Shown here: positions 44,518 to 54,960 of the stretch, piece after piece
How the letters are laid out: each line of letters begins with the position of its first letter
Position numbering within the stretch: the stretch's first letter is position 1
NCBI GenBank assembly: GCA_963717505.1
Contig: OY970342.1
Coordinates: forward strand, 384,001-448,000
Direction of reading: 5' to 3'
Origin: Candidatus Eiseniibacteriota bacterium
GTDB taxonomy: Bacteria > Eisenbacteria > RBG-16-71-46
Length of the DNA: 64,000 bases
Position numbers and translations under genes: made by a program
The notes under the pieces: model-generated
What the model saw: only the letters and a program-made list of their open reading frames with translations
Told to the model about the DNA's origin: nothing
Database searches by the model: none

Positions 44518-45968
44518 CGAGGCCTTTCGGTTGACGGCGACCGCGCGGCCGCAGCGCGCAATCGCGCGACGCAGCGGTCACGACCCAGCGCTTCGGCGAT
44601 TCGCGGCAACTCGGGTCCATGCGTGCGCCCGGTCAACGCCGCGCGCACCGGCTGGTGGAGTTCGCGGCCTTTGACGCCCAGTCGCGCGCCGGTTTCGTGA
44701 AGGGCGGATTTAATCCGCTCGGGACTCCACTCCGCAAGCGAGCCGAGGGCCTCGGCCCATGCCGCGCAGACCTCGGGCGCGCGAGCGGCCTCGAGGCTCG
44801 CGCGCGCTTCGGGCTCGAACGCGGGCGGATCGGTCATGTAGGGCTCGAGCTCGCGATCCAACTCCGCCAGGGTGGTCACGTTGCCCCGCACCAGCTCGAG
44901 CCAACGGCGCACCTCCTCGGGAGAGCGGCCCTGGAGCCCGGCCGGAAGCAGCTCGCGGCTCCAGCGTTCCAGCTCCTCGCCGCTCGCGTGATGCAGGTAG
45001 TGGGCGTTGACCCAGCGCAGCTTGTCGGGATCGAACACCGAGCCGCTGGCGCCGACACGATCGAGGGTGAACGCCTCGAGCAACTCGGTGCGCGTGAGGA
45101 TTTCGCGGTCGTCCCCCGGATGGAACCCGAGCAGGGCCAGATAACTGAGCAGCGCTTCCGGAACGAACCCATTGCGCCGGTAGTCCCCGACCGCGACCGC
45201 GGCCTCGCCCTCGCGCTTGCTCATCTTGCTGCGGTCGCGGTTGAGGATCAACGGCACGTGCGCATAGGTCGGAGGCGTTTCGCCCATGGCCTCGAGCAGC
45301 ATGAGCTGCCGTGGCGTGTTCGGGAGGTGCTCCTCGGCGCGGATCACGTGGCTGATGCGCATCGCGGCGTCGTCCACGGCGCACGCGAAGTTGTACGTCG
45401 GCAGCCCGTTCGAGCGCAGGAGGACGAAGTCCCCGACCATGCCCGCCGGGAAGCGAACTTCGCCGCGAACCCGATCCTCGAGCACCCAGTCGCGGTCGGG
45501 CACCGTGAATCGAATGCTCGCCGGGCCGCCGGCCCCGCGCGCAGCGCGCTCGGCGGCCGAAAGCGCGCGACAGCGGCCGTCGTAGTGCGGCGGCCGGCCG
45601 GCCGCGAGGGCGGCGCGCCGGCGTGCCTCGAGTTCCTCATCGGTGCAGAAGCAGGGATAGGCCCGCCCGCGGCCGACCAGATCCTCGGCGCGCGCGCGAT
45701 AGAGATCGAGTCGCTCGCTCTGCCGGTAGGGCCCATAGGGACCGCCGCGATCCGGGCCCTCGTCCCATTCGAGGCCGAGCCAGCGCAGGTCGTCGAGCAC
45801 CCCCGACTCGCTCTCGGCGCTCGAGCGAGCGAGGTCGGTGTCCTCGACCCGGATCACGAACACGCCGCCGCTCTGGCGCGCGAACAGCCAGTTGAAGTAG
45901 GCGGTGCGGGCGCCCCCCACGTGCAGCCATCCGGTCGGGCTGGGCGCGAAGCGAACACGAACGCTCAT
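44514..45968 (-). CDS. gltX: Glutamate--tRNA ligase
   Basis: RFAPSPTG, HVGG, YPCFC, KMSKR, anticodon-binding domain present. Confidence 0.97.
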   Translation of the reverse strand: MSVRVRFAPSPTGWLHVGGARTAYFNWLFARQSGGVFVIRVEDTDLARSSAESESGVLDDLRWLGLEWDEGPDRGGPYGPYRQSERLDLYRARAEDLVGRGRAYPCFCTDEELEARRRAALAAGRPPHYDGRCRALSAAERAARGAGGPASIRFTVPDRDWVLEDRVRGEVRFPAGMVGDFVLLRSNGLPTYNFACAVDDAAMRISHVIRAEEHLPNTPRQLMLLEAMGETPPTYAHVPLILNRDRSKMSKREGEAAVAVGDYRRNGFVPEALLSYLALLGFHPGDDREILTRTELLEAFTLDRVGASGSVFDPDKLRWVNAHYLHHASGEELERWSRELLPAGLQGRSPEEVRRWLELVRGNVTTLAELDRELEPYMTDPPAFEPEARASLEAARAPEVCAAWAEALGSLAEWSPERIKSALHETGARLGVKGRELHQPVRAALTGRTHGPELPRIAEALGRDRCVARLRAAAARSPSTERPR

Positions 45969-46029
45969 TGCGAGCGGGACACGACGCCCTGGGTGCGGCG
46001 CATCGTGGATCGCCGCGGCCGGAGCGGAG

Positions 46030-46509
46030 TCATGGGATCTCGATCATCGCCACCGCGGCGGCCGCGATGCCTTCGCGACGTCCGACCGAGCCGATGGTCT
46101 CGTGGGTCGTCGCCTTGACCGACACGTTCTTGTCGCCGATCCGCAGCACCCGGGCGATGTTGACCCGCATCGCGTCGCGGCTCGGCGCGATCCTCGGCTC
46201 CTCGGCGATCACGGTGGCGTCGACATTGACGATCTTTGCACCCGCGCCCTCGAGCATCGAACGTATGGTGCTCAGCAGGTCCAGACTGGAAGCGTCCTTC
46301 CAGCGCGGATCGCTCGGGGGAAAGTGCGTGCCCAGGTCGCCGAGCGCGACCGCGCCCAGCAACGCATCGCCGATCGCGTGACAGAGCACGTCGGCGTCGC
46401 TGTGGCCGACCAGGCCCCAGTCGGTCTGGAAACGCACGCCGCCCAACACCAGCAGCCGCCCCTGGGCGCGCTGGTGCACGTCGTACCCGAATCCCACGTG
46501 CAGCGGCAT
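46030..46509 (-). CDS. ispF: 2-C-methyl-D-erythritol 2,4-cyclodiphosphate synthase
   Basis: GYDVH, GHSDADV, VKATT. Confidence 0.96.
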   Translation of the reverse strand: MPLHVGFGYDVHQRAQGRLLVLGGVRFQTDWGLVGHSDADVLCHAIGDALLGAVALGDLGTHFPPSDPRWKDASSLDLLSTIRSMLEGAGAKIVNVDATVIAEEPRIAPSRDAMRVNIARVLRIGDKNVSVKATTHETIGSVGRREGIAAAAVAMIEIP

Positions 46510-47189
46510 CAGGTCCTCGATGTTCGTGACGCGAGCAAGGCGGCGGCCATCTCCAGATCGGCCGGCGTCGTGATCTTGAAGTTCAGCGGGTCCCCCGGCG
46601 TGACCCTCACCCGATGCCCCGCGGCTTCGACCAGTGCCGCGTCGTCGGTGGCATGCGCCGACGCCTGCCGGTGCGCCGCTTCGAGCCAGTCGCGACGAAA
46701 CACCTGCGGCGTCTGCGCCCGCCACAAACCGGCGCGCGGAACCGTCGACTCGACGACACCGACCGAAACCCGCTTGATCGTGTCGTCGAGCGGGATCGCG
46801 GCGAGCGCGGCCCCGCATTCCATCGCATCCGCGATACAGCGCGCAACCAGCTCGGGCGTGACCAGAGCCCGCGCGGCATCGTGGATCGCCACCAGGTCGA
46901 ATCCGGGCGGCAGGGACGCGAGCCCGCGCGCGACCGAGTCCTGGCGCTCGGGGCCGCCTTCGCACCACGCCACGACGCGATTCGGGGCGGCACCCGAGGC
47001 CGCGTGCGCCGCCCGCAGTGCGGCGACCGGACCGACCACCACGATGCCGGTGATGGCGGGGGTCCGATCGAGTGCATCAAGACTCCAAAGAAACAGCGCT
47101 CGACCGGCGAGCGGCGCCAGGGCCTTGCCGCCCGACGATCCCAGGCGCTCGCCCCGCCCGGCGCAGAGCAGAATCGCCGCGGTGGTCAC
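46509..47189 (-). CDS. ispD: 2-C-methyl-D-erythritol 4-phosphate cytidylyltransferase
   Basis: AGRGER, RQDSV, HDAAR, QTPQ, TDDA, NFKITT. Confidence 0.96.
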   Translation of the reverse strand: MTTAAILLCAGRGERLGSSGGKALAPLAGRALFLWSLDALDRTPAITGIVVVGPVAALRAAHAASGAAPNRVVAWCEGGPERQDSVARGLASLPPGFDLVAIHDAARALVTPELVARCIADAMECGAALAAIPLDDTIKRVSVGVVESTVPRAGLWRAQTPQVFRRDWLEAAHRQASAHATDDAALVEAAGHRVRVTPGDPLNFKITTPADLEMAAALLASRTSRT

Positions 47190-48619
47190 GACGTCGCGGG
47201 AGCGCGCACCGGTTCGGCCGCCGGACGCGGTCCGAGCACCAGCTCGAGCGCATCGCGCAGGTGGGCGACCGGCAGGATCTCGATCCCGCCGATCTCGGCC
47301 TCGGTCGCCTGGGAGGCCGGCACCGCCGCGCGCACGAACCCGAGTTGCCGGGCCTCGCGCACGCGCAGGTCCAGCCGCGGCACGCGCCGCAGCTCGCCGG
47401 ACAGCGAAACCTCGCCCGCCAGCAGCGTGCGCTCGAGCACCGGACGCTGCAGGAACGACGAAGCCACCGCGATCGCCACCCCGAGGTCGGTGCCCGGCTC
47501 CTCGAGCCTGAGTCCGCCGGTCACGGTCACGAACACGTCGTGACGGCCCAATCGGAGCCGGACGCGGCGCTCGAGCACCGCGAGCAGTACGGCCAGTCGC
47601 TTGGGATCGAACCCGCTCGTCACCCGCTGGGGAACGCCGTAAAAGGAGGACGAAACCAGCGCCTGGACCTCGACCAGCAGGGGTCGGGTGCCTTCGAGGC
47701 TGGCGACCACGCTGGTGCCGGGCGAGGGTGCGCGATCCTCCCCGAGGAACGCGGCACTGGGATTCGGCACGCCGGCGAGCCCCGAAGCATCCATCTCGAA
47801 GACGCCCAGCTCGTGGGTCGAGCCGAATCGGTTCTTGGCGGCGCGCAGCGTGCGGTAATGCTGATAGCGCTCACCCTCCAGGTAGAGCACGGCGTCGACC
47901 AGGTGCTCGAGTACCCGCGGCCCCGCGACCGCTCCGTCCTTGGTGACGTGCCCGACCAGGAACACCGCGGGCCCGCCCTGCTTGGCGTACTGCATCAGCG
48001 CCAGCCCGCATTCGCGCACCTGCGACACCGAGCCGGGCGCCCCGTCGACGTCGGAACGAGAAATCGTCTGGATCGAGTCGACGACCACCAATTGTGGCTG
48101 GAGTCGCGTCGCCGCCTCGAGCACGGCTTCCAGCTCGGTTTCGCACAGGATCAGCAGCCGCTCGGGAATCGCACCCAGGCGTTCGGCCCGCCCGCGCACC
48201 TGCTGCTCGCTCTCTTCGCCGGCGACGTAAAGCGCGGTCAGTCCGCGCCCGGCGACCGCGGCCGCGAGCTGGAGGAGCAGCGTGCTCTTGCCGATCCCGG
48301 GATCGCCGCCGACCAGCACCAGCGAGCCGGCCATGATGCCGCCACCGAGCACGCGATCGAGCTCGGCGATGCCGGTCACCTGGCGCTCGTCACTGCGGTT
48401 CGCGACCTCGGCGAGCGGACGCGGCGTGGCAGGAGCGGCCGCGCTCCGCCAGCCCCGTCGCGTCGCAGTACTCCGACCGCCGGTGCGCGCTCCCGATTCG
48501 GACGGCGACTCGGCCGCCGTGTTCCAGGCGGCGCACGCCTCGCAGCGCCCGAACCAACGGGGCGATTCGTGTCCGCAGGCCGTGCAGAAAAACGAGGTCT
48601 TTGCCGACTTCACTTTCAC
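47186..48619 (-). CDS. radA: DNA repair protein RadA/Sms
   Basis: Zn finger C..C..C..C, GGDPGIGKST, KNRFG. Confidence 0.97.
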   Translation of the reverse strand: MKVKSAKTSFFCTACGHESPRWFGRCEACAAWNTAAESPSESGARTGGRSTATRRGWRSAAAPATPRPLAEVANRSDERQVTGIAELDRVLGGGIMAGSLVLVGGDPGIGKSTLLLQLAAAVAGRGLTALYVAGEESEQQVRGRAERLGAIPERLLILCETELEAVLEAATRLQPQLVVVDSIQTISRSDVDGAPGSVSQVRECGLALMQYAKQGGPAVFLVGHVTKDGAVAGPRVLEHLVDAVLYLEGERYQHYRTLRAAKNRFGSTHELGVFEMDASGLAGVPNPSAAFLGEDRAPSPGTSVVASLEGTRPLLVEVQALVSSSFYGVPQRVTSGFDPKRLAVLLAVLERRVRLRLGRHDVFVTVTGGLRLEEPGTDLGVAIAVASSFLQRPVLERTLLAGEVSLSGELRRVPRLDLRVREARQLGFVRAAVPASQATEAEIGGIEILPVAHLRDALELVLGPRPAAEPVRAPATS

Positions 48620-48651
48620 GTGGGCTCACTCCGCCCGGGGACGGGACTGAC

Positions 48652-49545
48652 TCAGAACACGCTGACTTTGAAGTACTTCTTCGGGTTGGCTTTGACGTCC
48701 TCGATCAAGGCGCGCAGCGCTTGCACCGAGGCCGTGAGGTCGGTGTAGAGCTGGTCGTCCTGCACCAGTTTGCCGAGCGTGCCGTCGCCGCGGTCGATCC
48801 GAGTGGCGAGCCGCTGCACCACCATGCGCAGCGAGTCGAGGCGACCGCTCAAGTGGTCGAGCTTTTCCGCCGCGCTCGAGAAGTGTTCGAGGCTCTTGCG
48901 CAGCTCGGCCTCGCGATCCGTGGTCAGGGCCTTGGCGGTCTTCGACGCCGCCGCGAAGTTCTCGAGCGTGCTGCGTAGCAGGGCGCGGTTCTCGGACACC
49001 GCCAATCGCAACTCCTCGCTGGTGGCGCTGAAGTTGTGGATCGTGTTCTGCAGCTGCCCTTCCGCCGAAATCGAGGTCGCCAGGCGCCCGAGCTGGACCG
49101 AGAGCGTGTTCACCGCGTCCACGGTGGTCCCGAGCTGGCCCATGACCTCGCCCATTCCGGGCTCGTAGACGCCGGGGACCACTTCGTCGGCCCCGTAGCG
49201 CCGGCCGCCGGTGCGCAGGTCGACCGCAATCACGCGCTCGCCCATCAGCCCGACGTTGCGGATCGTGACCCGACTGTCGGTGGTCAGCACGACCGCACGC
49301 TCGAGCTGCAGCTCGACCTCGACGTGGTCCTCGACCAGATGCATCGACTTCACCTGCCCCTTGCGAATGCCGTTGACGTGGACTTCGTCGCTGGCTGCGA
49401 GTCCGCCGACTTCCGGGAAGCTGATCCTGTAGACGTGGGTGTCGTGCTGGAGCGTGTATTCCTTGAGCCAGCCCACTCCCGCGATCAAGACCACCACGGC
49501 CACGATCACCGTGACGCCGACCTGGATCTCGGTCCTACGACTCAA
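48652..49545 (-). CDS. mlaD: MlaD/MCE family protein
   Basis: N-terminal TM, GL...V..NGI.KGQV, GLMGER, helical region, GTLGKLV.D..LY, NPKKY. Confidence 0.9.
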   Translation of the reverse strand: MSRRTEIQVGVTVIVAVVVLIAGVGWLKEYTLQHDTHVYRISFPEVGGLAASDEVHVNGIRKGQVKSMHLVEDHVEVELQLERAVVLTTDSRVTIRNVGLMGERVIAVDLRTGGRRYGADEVVPGVYEPGMGEVMGQLGTTVDAVNTLSVQLGRLATSISAEGQLQNTIHNFSATSEELRLAVSENRALLRSTLENFAAASKTAKALTTDREAELRKSLEHFSSAAEKLDHLSGRLDSLRMVVQRLATRIDRGDGTLGKLVQDDQLYTDLTASVQALRALIEDVKANPKKYFKVSVF

Positions 49546-49596
49546 CCCAACCTCCTGAGTTTCAATGGAATGCGATGGCTTGGCACGGGCTTCGTG

Positions 49597-50343
49597 CTAG
49601 ACCGGCTGGATCGGTCCCTCGCTGGATCCATCGAGGAACTGTCGCACGTACGGATTGCGGGTCTCGCGCACTTCCTCGGCAGTCCCGGAAAATACCACCT
49701 TTCCGCCGTAGAGCATGGCGAGACGGTCGGCGACCTTGAACGTGCTCTGCAGATCGTGGGTCACGACCACCGAGGTGACGCCGAGACGTTTCTGCATGCC
49801 GCGAATCAACTGGTCGATCACGTCGGCAGTGATCGGATCGAGGCCGGTGGTCGGCTCGTCGTAGAGCACGAACTGCGGATCCATGACGATCGCGCGCGCC
49901 AGCCCGACCCGTTTGCGCATGCCGCCCGAGAGTGCTGCGGGCTTCATGTGCTCGACGCCCTTGAGTCCCACCCATTCGAGGCGTTCCCGCACGCGATTCT
50001 CGACTTCAGTGCGCGCCAGCCGTTGGTGCTCGACCAACGGCAGGCCGACGTTCTCGCCGACGGTCATCGAATCGAAGAGCGCCGAACCCTGGAACAGCAT
50101 CCCGAAGCGCCGCCGCACCCGGTTCAACTCGTGCTCCCGGCGTCCGACGACTTCCTCGCCGTCGATCTTGATCGAACCCTCGTCGGCGTCCATGAGTCCG
50201 ACGATGTGCTTGAGCAAAACGCTCTTCCCGGTGCCGCTCGGGCCCAGGACCACCACGGTCTCGCCCGAAGCGACGTCGAGGTCGACCCCGTCCAGGACCC
50301 AGCGGTCTCCAAGGCGCTTGCGCAGTCCGCGGATCTCGATCAT
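49597..50343 (-). CDS. mlaF: MlaF-type ABC transporter ATPase
   Basis: GPSGTGKS, LSGGMRKRV, YDEPTTGLDP. Confidence 0.92.
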   Translation of the reverse strand: MIEIRGLRKRLGDRWVLDGVDLDVASGETVVVLGPSGTGKSVLLKHIVGLMDADEGSIKIDGEEVVGRREHELNRVRRRFGMLFQGSALFDSMTVGENVGLPLVEHQRLARTEVENRVRERLEWVGLKGVEHMKPAALSGGMRKRVGLARAIVMDPQFVLYDEPTTGLDPITADVIDQLIRGMQKRLGVTSVVVTHDLQSTFKVADRLAMLYGGKVVFSGTAEEVRETRNPYVRQFLDGSSEGPIQPV

Positions 50344-50346
50344 GCG

Positions 50347-51156
50347 TCAGTCCGCAAAGATGATCCGGAACAGGACACTGGCCAGGAAGTAGTCGCTGAC
50401 CAGCACCAGGACGCACGACGCGACCACTGCGTGGGTCGTCGCCCGGCCGACGCCCTCGGCGCCGCCGGAGGTTGCGAATCCGAAGTAGCAACCCATGGTG
50501 CCGATGATGTTGCCGAACACCACCGCCTTGATCAGCCCCGACCACAGGTCCTTCACGTAGAAGAAGTTCTTGAGTCCATCGACGTAGGTCGCCGGGCTCA
50601 TGCCGATCGTGGTCACTGCGACCAGGAAGCCACCGAAGATCGCGATCGCGTCCGCCAGAATCGTGATCACCGGCAACATCACGGTGGCCGCGACCACCCG
50701 CGGCACGATCAGGTAACGGATCGGGTTCACGCCCATGGCGCGCATCGCATCGATCTGCTCGGTGACCTTCATGCTGCCCAGCTCGGCCGCGATCGCGGCG
50801 CCGACCCGCCCACCGACCACCAGCGCGGTGAGCACCGGCCCGAGCTCGATGATCACCGAACGCAGGATCACCGCGCCGAGGTACTTGAGCGGCACGACGC
50901 TGGAGAACTGGTAGGCGGCCTGCACCGCGGCAACCGCGCCGGTGAACAGGCTGACCACGATCACCAGGCTGAGCGATCCGACGCCGATGGTGTTCATCTG
51001 GTCGACGACCAGGCCGATGCGTGGACCACGCCGGACGGTCGAGACCAGCATGTCGCGGACCAGGAACGTCACGCGGCCGACGTGCGCCACCAGGTCGAGC
51101 AGTCGATCCACCGCCAGGCGCACGCCGGCGATGGCCACCGACGGCGGCGAGTTCAA
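50347..51156 (-). CDS. mlaE: MlaE-type ABC permease
   Basis: ELGPVLTAL, GRVGAAIAAELGSMKVTEQIDA, GVGRATT. Confidence 0.93.
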   Translation of the reverse strand: MNSPPSVAIAGVRLAVDRLLDLVAHVGRVTFLVRDMLVSTVRRGPRIGLVVDQMNTIGVGSLSLVIVVSLFTGAVAAVQAAYQFSSVVPLKYLGAVILRSVIIELGPVLTALVVGGRVGAAIAAELGSMKVTEQIDAMRAMGVNPIRYLIVPRVVAATVMLPVITILADAIAIFGGFLVAVTTIGMSPATYVDGLKNFFYVKDLWSGLIKAVVFGNIIGTMGCYFGFATSGGAEGVGRATTHAVVASCVLVLVSDYFLASVLFRIIFAD

Positions 51157-52550
51157 AACTCGGGCTCCGTCTCGCCCGGCATGATCGGGCTATAGGGAAC
51201 GAATTTGGTGCATTCGCGCAGGAACGTCAGGTCGATCTCGCCGGTCGGGCCGTTGCGCTGCTTGGAGATGATGATCTGCGCCTTGAGCGGCTCGGGCGTG
51301 TCGCGCTTGTAGACCACCTCGCGATAGACGAACAGGACAACGTCGGCATCCTGTTCGATCGATCCCGATTCACGAAGGTCGGAAAGCTGCGGGCGCCCCA
51401 TACGATCGCGGGTCTCGACCGCGCGCGACAACTGCGACAGCGCGATGATCGGCACGTTCAGTTCCTTGGACAGCCCCTTGAGCCCGCGCGTGATCTGCGA
51501 GATCTCCTGCACGCGGTTCTCCGCATTGCCGCTCGGCCGAATCAGCTGCAGGTAGTCGATCAGCACCAGCCCGAGTCGGCCCTCGGACTTGAGGCGCCGG
51601 CACTTGGCGCGGATTTCCATCACGGTGAGCATCGCCGAGTCGTCGATCATGATCGGCGCCTGCTGCAGCAGACCCGCGGCGGTGGTCAGGCGCGGCCAGT
51701 CCTCGTTCGCCAGGTAGCCGTTGCGCACCTTGTGCAGGGGCACTTCGCTTTGCGAACAGAGCAGGCGCTGGACCAGCTGCTCCTTGCTCATTTCCAACGA
51801 GAAGACCGCGACCGGCACCGGCGAGCGGTCGCGTTCGCGCGGGATCGCTGCGTTCTCGGCGATGTTGAGCGCGAAGCTGGTCTTGCCCATCGACGGGCGG
51901 CCGGCGACGATGATCAGGTCCGAGTTCTGGAAGCCCGAGGTCCGCTTGTCGAGATCGTCGTAGCCCGACGGCACCCCGGTCACGAACACCTTGCGCTCGT
52001 ACAGCGTCTGGATGTGCTCGAACGCCGGCTTGAGCAGGTCGCGCAGGGCCACGAATCCCTGGCGCACGCGCTGGTCGGTGATCTCGAAGATGCGCTGCTC
52101 GGCGCGGTCCAGGATCTCGACGGTCTCGGCCTCGCCGGCGTAGCACTCCTGCTGGATCTCGGTCGAGGCGCGAATCAGTGCGCGCAGCACGCCCTTGGCG
52201 TGCACCAGTCGCAGGTGCTGTTCGAGATTCGCCGAGGTGGTCGCATAGTCGAACAGCTGCGCGAGCGCCGTTGCGCCGCCGACCGATTCGAGATCGCCAC
52301 GCTTGCGCAGCTCCTCGACGAGCGTGACCAGATCGGCGCGCTCGTTGCGGTTGTAGAGGGCCGTGATCGCAGCAAAGATGCGCTGGTGGGCGACGCGGTA
52401 GAACAGGCCGGGCTCGATCATCTCGATCGCGCGCCCGACTGCCTCGGGATCGAGCAGCATGGCCGCCAGGGCGGCGCGCTCGGCTTCGACCGCCTGGGGC
52501 GGGATCGGGCCCTGCCCGACGTCCGCGCTGCGGGTGAGTACTTCGGTCAC
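51153..52550 (-). CDS. dnaB: Replicative DNA helicase
   Basis: PPQAVEAE, GRPSMGKT, DYLQL, LSQLSR, LRESGSIEQDAD, KQRNGP. Confidence 0.98.
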   Translation of the reverse strand: MTEVLTRSADVGQGPIPPQAVEAERAALAAMLLDPEAVGRAIEMIEPGLFYRVAHQRIFAAITALYNRNERADLVTLVEELRKRGDLESVGGATALAQLFDYATTSANLEQHLRLVHAKGVLRALIRASTEIQQECYAGEAETVEILDRAEQRIFEITDQRVRQGFVALRDLLKPAFEHIQTLYERKVFVTGVPSGYDDLDKRTSGFQNSDLIIVAGRPSMGKTSFALNIAENAAIPRERDRSPVPVAVFSLEMSKEQLVQRLLCSQSEVPLHKVRNGYLANEDWPRLTTAAGLLQQAPIMIDDSAMLTVMEIRAKCRRLKSEGRLGLVLIDYLQLIRPSGNAENRVQEISQITRGLKGLSKELNVPIIALSQLSRAVETRDRMGRPQLSDLRESGSIEQDADVVLFVYREVVYKRDTPEPLKAQIIISKQRNGPTGEIDLTFLRECTKFVPYSPIMPGETEPEF

Positions 52551-52680
52551 GAGATCATTCCTTCCGGCGGGGGCGGGTCAAGAACGACGGATCCGCGAGG
52601 TGCCCTACCTTACCCCTGGCGTCCACGCGGGCGCCAGATCCGGATGGAACGTCCGACATCGTTTTGTGGAGAAGCGGCGG

Positions 52681-53637
52681 CTAGGCCAGGTACTCGCGCG
52701 CGAGCAGCTGCATGTCTTCCCACACCGGCCGCTTGTAGCCGGGATTCCGCAGGCAGGCCGCCGGATGGTAGGTGACGATCAGCTTGGCGCCCTGATAGCG
52801 GTAGATCGTGCCGCGCATTCCGGCGATCGTGCCCTTGACGCCGACCAGCAGCTCGGCCGCGAACTTCCCGAGACAGCAGATGATCCGTGGCTGGAGCGTT
52901 TCGAGCTGGCGCTTGAGGTAGGGCGAGCACATCTCGATCTCGTGCGGCAGCGGATTCCGGTTCTCGGGCGGCCGGCACTTGAGCACGTTGCAGATGTAGA
53001 CCGTGTCGCGGTTGAGCGGGATGCCCGGGATCAGCGCCTTCTCGTCCATCGCCTTGATGATCTGGGTCAGGAGTTGCCCGGCGCGGCCGACGAAGGGCTC
53101 GCCCTGGGCGTCTTCGTCGGCGCCCGGCGCTTCGCCGACGAAGACGATGCCGGTGCGAGCCGAACCCACCCCGGGCACGGCCTGCTTGCGCGTTTCGCAC
53201 AGGCCGCACTTGCGGCAGGCGCGGACTTCGGCGGCGATCGCATCGAGCACCGGCAGCGCCACACCGTGAATCCGGGCGCGGGTTTCGGCGTCGTTGGGAT
53301 TGAGCGGCGGATGCGCGGGCGGCAGCTCGAAGTTGTAGTCGGCGAAACGATCGGCGGTCTTCGGCGCGCCCTCGAACAGCAGCAACGTGTCCGCAGCACC
53401 GGTCACCGTTGCACCCGAGGCAGCGGGGGCGGGTACAGGCGCGGTTCTCTCCGCAATGCGCGGCGCGTTCCCGGTTTCGGGCTCGACTCGAGCCACGGGC
53501 GTTTGGGCGGCGGGCTTGGTCGCCCGCGCAGTGTGTGCCACTAGGTCGCCGGCGCCCGAGGCCTCTTCGCGCTCGAGGTAGCGACGCACGCTGGCCGTGA
53601 TGTCGGCCAGTTCTTCGCGTGGATCGCGCTCGCTCAT
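52681..53637 (-). CDS. Family 4 (Fe-S) uracil-DNA glycosylase with N-terminal extension
   Basis: C..C.LC, GEAPG..ED..G.PFVG, KCRPP.NR, YHPA. Confidence 0.93.
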   Translation of the reverse strand: MSERDPREELADITASVRRYLEREEASGAGDLVAHTARATKPAAQTPVARVEPETGNAPRIAERTAPVPAPAASGATVTGAADTLLLFEGAPKTADRFADYNFELPPAHPPLNPNDAETRARIHGVALPVLDAIAAEVRACRKCGLCETRKQAVPGVGSARTGIVFVGEAPGADEDAQGEPFVGRAGQLLTQIIKAMDEKALIPGIPLNRDTVYICNVLKCRPPENRNPLPHEIEMCSPYLKRQLETLQPRIICCLGKFAAELLVGVKGTIAGMRGTIYRYQGAKLIVTYHPAACLRNPGYKRPVWEDMQLLAREYLA

Positions 53638-54917
53638 GTCGCCTTTCTCGAGCGTGATCCTGCTCGTTTGCCGGGCGTGCGGCGCGCGCCGGCGAGGCGC
53701 AGCTCCAGAGCACGCTCGAGGATCCGATCGGCCAGCTCGCGCTTGCGCATCTCGGGCAGACGGCGGGCTCGGCCCGCCTCGACCAACGTCGCGCGATTGG
53801 TTTCGCGGCCGAGCGCGTCCTCTGGCGTATTGAGCACGATCAGGTCGGCGCCCTTGGCGCGCAGCTTCTCGCGAGCGCGGGCCACGCCGCCCGACGTTTC
53901 GAGCGCGAAGCCAACGATCACCTGCCTCGGGCGAGCCTTGCCGCGCCGCTGGCGGGCTCTGCCCAGCCGTTCCAGTATGTCCGCGTTCGGCTCGAGCGCC
54001 AGCGTGCGCGGGCCACTGCCGCGCCGGATCTTCTCGGCGGCGGCGCGCGCCGGACGAAAATCCGCGACCGCCGCGGCCATCAGAATCGTGTCGGCGACGG
54101 GCGCTTCGGCCTCGAGCGCCCGCGCCATTTCGGCTGCGGTCCCGACCTGGACCACGCGAATCCCGCCCGGGGGCTCGACGTCCATCGGCCCCGCGACCAG
54201 AACCACCTCGGCGCCGCGATCGCGCGCCGCTTCCGCCAGCGCGGCTCCCATCCGCCCGCTCGAGCGGTTGGTCAGCACGCGCACCGGATCGATCGGCTCT
54301 TCCGTGCGGCCGGCGCTGACCAGAACGCGCATGCCGGTCATGGTTCCGCGATGCGCGAGCACGCCTTCGAGGGCGGCGCCGATGGTCTCGGGCTCGGACA
54401 TGCGGCCCGGGCCGGCGAGTCCGGAAGCCAGCGATCCGCGCTCGGGCCCGACGATGGTCGCCCCGCGACTCCGGAGCGTCGCCAGACTCTCCTGCGTCGC
54501 CTTCTTGCGCCACATCTCGAGGTCCATGGCCGGGCACACGACCAAAGGTGCGCGGCTCGCGAGCAACACCGAGGTCAAAGCGTCCGGGGACTCCCCGTGG
54601 GCCATGCGCGCCATCAGATCGGCAGTCGCCGGCGCCAGCACGATGAGATCCGCCGATTCGGCCAGGTCCACGTGCGCGACGCGTCCTTTCACTCGGCGAT
54701 TCCCCTCCTGCCCCAGCGCCAGGTGCGGCGCCTGATCGCCCCACAGATTTGTGATCACCGGATTCCCGGACAGCGTCTGGAACGTGAGCGGGGTGACGAA
54801 CTCACACGCCGCCGGGGTCATCACCACCACCACGTGCGCACCGCGCGTGGTGAGCCAGCGTACCAGCTCGCAGGTCTTGTACGCGGCGATTCCGCCCGAC
54901 ACGCCGACCAGGATCAC
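53634..54917 (-). CDS. coaBC: Bifunctional phosphopantothenoylcysteine decarboxylase/synthase
   Basis: GVSGGIAAYK, APATA, PAMD, T.EPIDPVR..TNRSSG.MG, AAAVADF, GFALET. Confidence 0.96.
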   Translation of the reverse strand: MILVGVSGGIAAYKTCELVRWLTTRGAHVVVVMTPAACEFVTPLTFQTLSGNPVITNLWGDQAPHLALGQEGNRRVKGRVAHVDLAESADLIVLAPATADLMARMAHGESPDALTSVLLASRAPLVVCPAMDLEMWRKKATQESLATLRSRGATIVGPERGSLASGLAGPGRMSEPETIGAALEGVLAHRGTMTGMRVLVSAGRTEEPIDPVRVLTNRSSGRMGAALAEAARDRGAEVVLVAGPMDVEPPGGIRVVQVGTAAEMARALEAEAPVADTILMAAAVADFRPARAAAEKIRRGSGPRTLALEPNADILERLGRARQRRGKARPRQVIVGFALETSGGVARAREKLRAKGADLIVLNTPEDALGRETNRATLVEAGRARRLPEMRKRELADRILERALELRLAGARRTPGKRAGSRSRKAT

Positions 54918-54960
54918 GCGGCCATGGACCGGTGACCCCGGAGCCGGGGCGCGGCGGGAG

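Noticed and set aside
51153-52550. Intein in dnaB
   Set aside because: Normal length (465 aa) with continuous motifs
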